Shown here: positions 37,378 to 44,014 of the stretch, piece by piece
Numbering within the stretch: position 1 is the stretch's first letter
Layout: every line of letters begins with the position of its first letter
The notes under the pieces: model-generated
Told to the model about the DNA's origin: nothing
The model's input: the letters and a program-made list of their open reading frames with translations, nothing else
Databases searched by the model: none
Assembly: GCA_000934665.2 (NCBI GenBank)
Contig: KZ538907.1
Coordinates: 1 to 44,014, forward strand
Length of the DNA: 44,014 nucleotides
DNA from: Catajapyx aquilonaris
Lineage: Eukaryota
Direction: 5' to 3'
Made by a program: the position numbers and the translations under genes

Positions 37378-39762
37378 TTATTTGCGGGTCTTTGGGCTTG
37401 AAAGGGTTATTAATTGAACACGTCTGGGTGTCCGCGGCGGCTTGGACGTTTGTGGCGATTCGACTTTCGGCGGCACAGTCGGCATATCTTCATCTTGGCT
37501 ATTTTCTAACACCAGTTTCAGGTCCTGGCTGTCCGTGTCCATCACTTCGAGAGGCGGGGACTTGTCACCACCAGGAAACACAGCAGCATCCGATTCTACC
37601 ACCGAAGGCGGAAGTGTTTCCGGCTCATCTTCAGACATTCCTACTGATGCCGGCTCATCTTGCGACTTTGCTGATGTTTCCGGCTCATCTTGCGACTTTA
37701 CTGGTGTTTCCGGCTCATCTTCCAACGTTACAACTGGTGGCACCTGCTCTGCTTTCGGAACTGATGGTCCCGATAGAGTGTAGAACTGGAGCCGCTTTGG
37801 ATTGTGTTTCCCTCTGCGGAAATAACATTCATAAGATCGCAGGTCGTAACATGGGATGTATGGACTTACCCTTCTTTCATGCTGCGTATTTGAATGGGAG
37901 GCTTTTTGGACGATGCTGCTGATGTCGGAGTGGTTGCTGATTTGTCCGAAGCTGTCACGTCGACTGGACCGCAGTCTGTCGACTTGTCAGTTGCTTCGGT
38001 ATTGTCAGCAGCAACTGATTTGTCCGTTTCAGGCCTGGTGTCGGGCTTGTTGGTCGAATTCGTAGGTGTGGCCTTGGCTGAACTATCTGGATCCATTCCG
38101 TTTGATATCTTTTTGATCTTCTTCGCCTTCTTCTTGATGGTCACGGCAGGTGTGGCTTCCCTGTTGACTTCCACCACACTCTGCTTGTACACCACTCCGA
38201 GCTCTCCCTCCGCAAAAGTAATCAACGAGCAGTATCCGTCTGTTGAAGATACAGCCAACACACGTCCGTTTGGCGACCAGCTCAAGTCGGTCAACCGCGT
38301 GTAATGAACATTAGCGACCTGTCCAAATGGGACAGTCTGCTGAGTATCATGTAAGAAAACACTATTGTCCGCAGCCACTGCAAACACCATGCGGTATGGC
38401 AGTTGGTACATCGTCTCGTATCGTTCCCATGGCTTGGCGTCAGGCTTGACATTCCCACTTTTTGGAACCGGATGAAGCTCGAAGAGGACAGGACAGAATG
38501 ATACGGCAACCGTGAAGTGAGATTTGCTGGTCATGTATGCGGCAGGCCTGCAAATTGGACGGAAATTATGTACCGGTAACTGACAAAATGGTCTCGATTA
38601 AACTTACTTTCCAAGGTTGAGTCGGGTAAATGCATATGTCACGTTATCAGTGCTTGCTCCCGTCACGCCCTTTTCAGTCTCGAGAATCCCACATGGCGTC
38701 AAGAGAAGCTCGCCATCAGGTGAGAACGCAAGCCTCCTGCTGTACGTCTTAAGCGTATCGTCGTGGTACAGCCGCACATTCTTTTCCACCTTCTCGCCGC
38801 CTACGTTGACAGGAAGAGTGGACTTGTACACTCGATGCACCACATTCGGTTTTCCGTTTTTGCCCTTCCGGTTTTCCAAGTTGAACACACGCATAATTCT
38901 GGAGAGCAAAAGTCGGAAATTAACGGCCAGTCGCAGTTTATGAATATGCGACTTCAACGCACCTGTCACTGCTGAGAGTAGCCAGATAGCAGTTGAGCGG
39001 ATCCCATGCGACTCCTTGTACAAATCCCTTGTGTTCAGAAAGCGGAGGTGTCTTTCCGCCTGGAAAATAACTCATTGTTTATTTTATTTTATTTATGTTA
39101 TTTACAGTCCAACCTTTAGCCACCTCCCATATGATCGCCGTGTTATCCACAGACCCAGAAGCCAAAAAGGCCGAATCGGGCGACCACGACAAGTCGCACA
39201 CATCTTCCAAGTGACCCTTCAGCAACCTAAGGCTACTCCACTGCTCCTTATTCCCTTCAGAATCCTCAGCGAATATGTCCGGACCACTCTCCGCCCCGAA
39301 GTTCTGCTTCCACAAAATTATGGCCGCCTCTGAAACAACCACATCATATAGATAAGCCACAACAACGTTCATGACAAAGCCACAATAACGTTCATGGCAA
39401 AGCCACAATAAGGTTCACTGGACTACTACCGTCGTCTCCAGATGCGAGGATCTCCCCCGTGGGCGAGAAGCGCACGATGTTGACCGCCTTCTGATGCCTG
39501 TGCAGGTCAGCCAGGAACTCAACCTCTGCCGCTCCGTTGGCTCCAACCTTAACGTTCCATATCTTTATAATAAAGACAACATAATTAACTTCCACCATTT
39601 TTTTTCCAGCTTTTTTTTGGACCATCTATTACTTACCACGACATGAGCGTCTGTTCCTCCAGAGGCCAGTCTGAGCAGAGTGTGCGATGGCCCATGCTGG
39701 AAGTCCAGGCTGAGGACGGGGTCCCTGTTGTGCCAGGATATCTCGGGAACAGAGAACTTCAT
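37378..39762 (-). CDS. CHAF1B: Chromatin assembly factor 1 subunit B (p60/Caf1-105), 658 aa. Exons: 39762-39637, 39562-39430, 39329-39114, 39059-38963, 38898-38608, 38547-37870, 37813-37378
   Basis: [97 protein letters not shown]-terminal B-domain-like PRRVQLITL. Confidence 0.96.
37613..37722 (-). repeat. 30-bp coding tandem repeat x~4 in the last CHAF1B exon
   Basis: CCGGCTCATCTT recurs every 30 nt; the protein reads [36 protein letters not shown]. Confidence 0.9.
39355..39417. repeat. 23-bp tandem repeat x~3 in CHAF1B intron 2
   Basis: AGCCACAAYAACGTTCATGRCAA repeated. Confidence 0.85.
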
Positions 39763-41549
39763 CTTGGTTGGAGAGAGGAAAAGGAAATGGACAAAGAGAA
39801 AATGTGGAGAGAATTATAAAAATAAAAAAAGATGGCCGATTCTCTTTTTGGCGCCAATGGCTGCCGGTCTGCGGTGTTGCCAACAGATTAAACATATTTA
39901 AAGTACACTCTAATTATTGGATGGTGTTAATTATCATCTGCAATTACCACCTGGTTATTTATTGGAGCGAAGTTGTGTTAAACTAATAATTAAGTTTTAA
40001 TAAGAGTACGAGCGGGTTTTCAAATGCACGGTGACTGAGTGACGCATGCGCACAAAGTATTGTAGGCAATTGAATGATATGCAATCAAATTAAAATATGT
40101 CTAATTATGATACCAAATGGATCTCCATAGACCTTGACCCCTGTGACCTTGATGTCAAGGTCAGCACACCCTGCGTACATTTTACAGCCTTTAAAATATT
40201 ACTGCATCGGTCAAAATTAGTCAAAATAATGCCAACAATAACTCTCAGAGCTCATATAGTTATTGTTGCTAATGATTTATAAGATATAAGTTATAACTAG
40301 TAGAGCATCATCATTAGCAACAAAATGAACAATTACAGTTACTGCCCTCACTGTACCAATAAAATAAGTTATGATTTCGACAATTAATCTTGATAAATGT
40401 GTGCAATAAACTGCACTCAACTACAATGAACTGCAATTAAATGCAATAAACTGCATGATTCACTGGGGAAATTGCTTGTACAGTATTGAGTTTTATGGTT
40501 CCGCAACAGTTTTATTTTTATGAGCATCCCAATCACACAAAGGATATGATCTTGTAATAGACAGATTATAAAGTTGTAGGCTACATTTTTCCTCTTCAAA
40601 GCGCACACACTATAGATGACTGCTGCATATAATTTCACTTTCGGAGAGAAAGTTGCGCCTTTGCAGTCCATTGCGGAGCATTTTTGCAAACAAAAATATC
40701 ACAAGTAAGTAGGCCTATTATAATTATTTGAAGAAAACTTGCGTCATCAGCAACCCACATGCGCAAAACGGAATTCCGCGAAAGAGGCACACGATCAGGC
40801 GAGAATCACTCAGCGGATCAGTCCTTGCCACGTATACTTAATTGAATAATATGAGCAATCACTTAAGATTTGCGAAAGGGCACCCCCAGGCGTCGGCGTC
40901 CCTTCTTGCGCGCATCCTGCTGCCTCCTCATTAGCACCACAGATGAGAATAGATTAGGCAGCTCGTTCCTCCCCCATAACTCGTGTGCGAGAAAACTATC
41001 ATGTGATCTCTATCTATGGGGTCTAACTACCGGAACTTGCCTCAGGAAAGGACTCTGGGAATTCCTCCACTTATATATACGAGAGTTATAATAAATATAT
41101 TTCGTTACATTTCATATATAAATATGTGCAGGATCGTCAAAACCAATCAGATGGCCGAATCTATATCAATATATTGGAAACATTTGGAGACCTTGCTTGT
41201 AATTAAATTGGAAGAAGCGCAATTTATATAGAAATCTGCAATGCTGAACACATTTAGAGGAAATTTGAATGAAATTTGCATATAATTTTTTTCATAATTT
41301 CCTTACTAATTACTCCCAACGACGGAATAAATTGCACAATTCTGAACTAATGACTAAATTTTTAACTGATCTTCATATAACGTCTCCATATGTTACGTAT
41401 ATAACTGATGTGAGCATGGAACCGTGAATATCACGGTCTTTGTGTGTGAGTACGTGCTTTAAATATGGATACATCCGTTGTTTAATAATTTTTTTGTATA
41501 ACTTGCGTACATCCTTGGTCTCTGTACGAGGTTAGATAATGTAAAGCTC

Positions 41550-41557
41550 TATATAAA
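41550..41557 (+). promoter_or_regulatory. TATA box of the Gly-rich protein gene
   Basis: TATATAAA ~80 nt upstream of the ATG at 41629; initiator-like TCATT at ~41582. Confidence 0.65.
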
Positions 41558-41628
41558 GCCATCAAATATCGTATAGCTACCTCATTTTATTTGCAAACCA
41601 TACTGGACGAAACAACTCTCTTCTCATC

Positions 41629-42837
41629 ATGGCAGTAATTAAGGTAAAATTAATTAGCCATAATACATGCATGCATTGAGGCAGGTTATTGGCTGTAGCA
41701 ACAAAAATTAATTGGGAAATCTATGATCGTACTTAATTATATTTGTTTGTTTATTTATTTATTTTTTATTTTTTATTTATTTATTGTGTTTATTTATTTG
41801 CTTGTTCATTTGTTTGTTTGCTTATTTACTTTCTTGTTTGTTTGTTTATTTATTTATTTATTTATGATTTGTCTATTCATTTGCCTGCTTATTTGTTTTC
41901 TTGCTTGTTTACTTTCTTACTTGTCTATTTATTTATTTATTTATTTATGATTTGTCTATTTATTTGCCTGTTTATTTGTTTTCTTGCTTGTTTACTTTCT
42001 TACTTGCTTATTTATTTATTTATTTATTTATTTATTTCTTTATGATTTGTCTATTTATTTGCCTGTTTATTTGTTTTCTTGCTTGTTTACTTTCTTACTT
42101 GTTTATTTATTTATTTATTTACTTGCCTGTTGACCAACTTGTTTATTTATTACTTGTTTACTGACTTATTTATTTATTTATTCGTTCGTTCGTTCGTTCG
42201 TTTGTTTGTTTACACCTGACCTTGATGGATAGACGCCATTATGTCACTGCTCATAATAATATGAGATTTGCACTAATTTGTGTTCATACAACCGACCCTA
42301 AGCAATAATTTGAATTGTTGCCATCAGATACTCCTTGCTGCGGCTGCAATTTTGTCGTACGTAGAGGCTGTAGATGAAGAGAAGTACAGCTACGGCTACG
42401 TCGCTCGAGGACCGTACAGCAGTGGACAAGTTCAAGTGGACGTAGACGAACACGGATACCAGTACGAAGTCAACAACCAGCATAAGGATGGAGTCAGCCA
42501 CATCAAGCAGAGTGGATCTAATTACTACAACGGGTATGGCCCTCAGCATCAGTACGGTGGCTACGGCGGATACGGAGGTTACGGAGGGTACGGCGGGTAT
42601 GACGGGTATGGAGGACATGGACATGGCAACTACGGAGGGTATGGCAATAATGGATGGAACAAAGGGTACGGCGGGTACGGAAACAATAATTACGGAGGAT
42701 ATGGCGGGGGATACAACGGAGGGTATGGCCAGAATTATGGAGCGGGGTATGGCCAGAATTATGGAGGGTATGGTACTGCTGGGTACGGCAACAAATATGG
42801 AGGGTACGGAGGGTATGGCGGGCATGGTAGTTGGTAA
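41629..42837 (+). CDS. Secreted Gly/Tyr-rich protein (cuticle/structural-like), 174 aa. Exons: 41629-41643 (MAVIK), 42328-42837
   Basis: Mini first exon with GT donor and a CATCAG acceptor in phase. Signal-peptide-like MAVIKILLAAAAILSYVEA; C-terminal (YGG)n/GYG repeats. Confidence 0.85.
41740..42212. repeat. (TTTA/TTTG)n composite microsatellite with ~70-80 bp higher-order repeats in the intron
   Basis: ATGATTTGTCTATT..TTGCCTG.TTATTTGTTTTCTTGCTTGTTTACTTTCTTACTTG x3; (TTCG)n at the end. Confidence 0.92.
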
Positions 42838-44014
42838 GAGCAAAAAATTTTGTCACGATTTTGTAATGTCAAAATGCACTGTTTGGGAATGGTATTGATT
42901 TTTGCATAATAATTGTCAGTGCTTTGTGGGTTCTAATAACAGCTAACACCTGGCACTAACTGAAAGGAAACAATTTTATTAAGAACACCATTTTTTTGTT
43001 ATCACACTGCCCGGACACCAAAATAATTACCGGTACCAGTATATTTTAAAAAAAAACATTGCTCATACTTCTTGGAAAGCAGGTACGATCATTGTCTACA
43101 GTCTACACTGTAAGAGTGTAAGTGAATGATTGACTAACAAGACGGATATAAATGATGCACTATTAAAAGTAGGATAACAACAGATAAGAAGAGTAAGCCA
43201 GTAAATATTGTACAGTAGCATATAATTATGTGTAATTTGTCTACAGCAGTTCATTCAACAGTGAATAATTGTTTTGCAAGTGCACGCCATGTATTAATTA
43301 TTATTATTAATATTAGTTATGTGTTGATTTACAATTCCATAGTTTTTACAGATCACATATAATAATTTATGGCATGAAGGTAGCGTGTTAATTACTGTAA
43401 TCTTCACACTTCTGCTCCCATACTTGCATTTTTTCTCTCTGTTGCAACAAAATCGGCGGGAAAACCCCCGTTGGTCAGTGTGTGAGCACTGTACGATTAC
43501 ACCAGTCATATTATTCAAGTACTCTTACCACACAAAGGTCCTGAACTGTTCAAATAATTTCACACTCATATGTGACAGGGTCATCAGCTACCTCATTACC
43601 TTGACGTGCCACTTTCGAAATCCCATTTTTTTTCTGCCTGAAATGTTGCACAAGACTTCCCGCTAAATAAACTGTGTTCAATGAGTTTTCAGAATTTGAA
43701 GTTTTATTTCACATGTCGTATACAACTGTCAAGAGCTTGACACAACGCAATACGTTACAAACTAATACCTGCAGGCTACATGAAAATGCAGATTATTAAT
43801 TATTTTATCAATGCCGCCTGATTTCGAGATATGAGGGTTTATGGCTTGAAGATTGCATTAATATTATCCCCTATGAAACTAATTGCTTTATCAAATATTA
43901 CTGATTAACAATTTCGACAAAACTGATTGCTCTGTATTTCAAACCTTAGCGAGCATTTTCTCAAAGTCGTATGATACGAACAAGAGGCCTGTATATAGAA
44001 ACAGAAAATAAGCC

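Noticed and set aside
37281..38304. Plus-strand ORFs of 213, 113 and 136 aa
   Set aside because: Antisense to the low-complexity CHAF1B tail.
40128..40165. GACCTTGACCCCTGTGACCTTGATGTCAAGGTCA, nuclear-receptor half-site-like cluster
   Set aside because: Too short; more likely a fragment of a common dispersed repeat, and function cannot be supported.
40870..41050. GC-richer patch reading KKGRRRLGVP on the - strand, faintly like a Harbinger transposase N-terminus
   Set aside because: Only a few residues match; no continuing ORF or TIR.
41723..42164. Hydrophobic F/I/Y/L-rich ORFs
   Set aside because: Translations of the intronic (TTTA)n repeat.

Overview
Eukaryotic genomic DNA, probably from an invertebrate or arthropod (inferred from gene content and structure). 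The window has two compartments. (i) Positions 1-~12.5 kb are repeat-rich with no intact gene: relics of a non-LTR RT, a possible Penelope-like element, a 2.2-kb segment bounded by inverted repeats, tandem repeats and a 70-N gap. (ii) Positions ~12.6-43 kb are gene-dense, mostly with 50-70 nt GT-AG introns. In order: the 5' part of midasin/MDN1 (-, 17 exons, 2003 codons, ending inside the sixth AAA module), pyridoxal kinase (+), mitochondrial TrpRS WARS2 (-), a stand-alone Maf pyrophosphatase (-), a six-finger C2H2 gene (+), stardust/PALS1/MPP5 (+), CAF-1 p60/CHAF1B (-) and a secreted Gly/Tyr-rich cuticle-like protein (+). Exon models were built by hand and checked for splice-phase consistency. 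I found no convincing novel multi-gene system. The most interesting leads are the abrupt interruption of MDN1, a decayed GPATCH8-like G-patch exon in front of the zinc-finger gene, and an array of palindromic repeat units carrying RFX X-box motifs.
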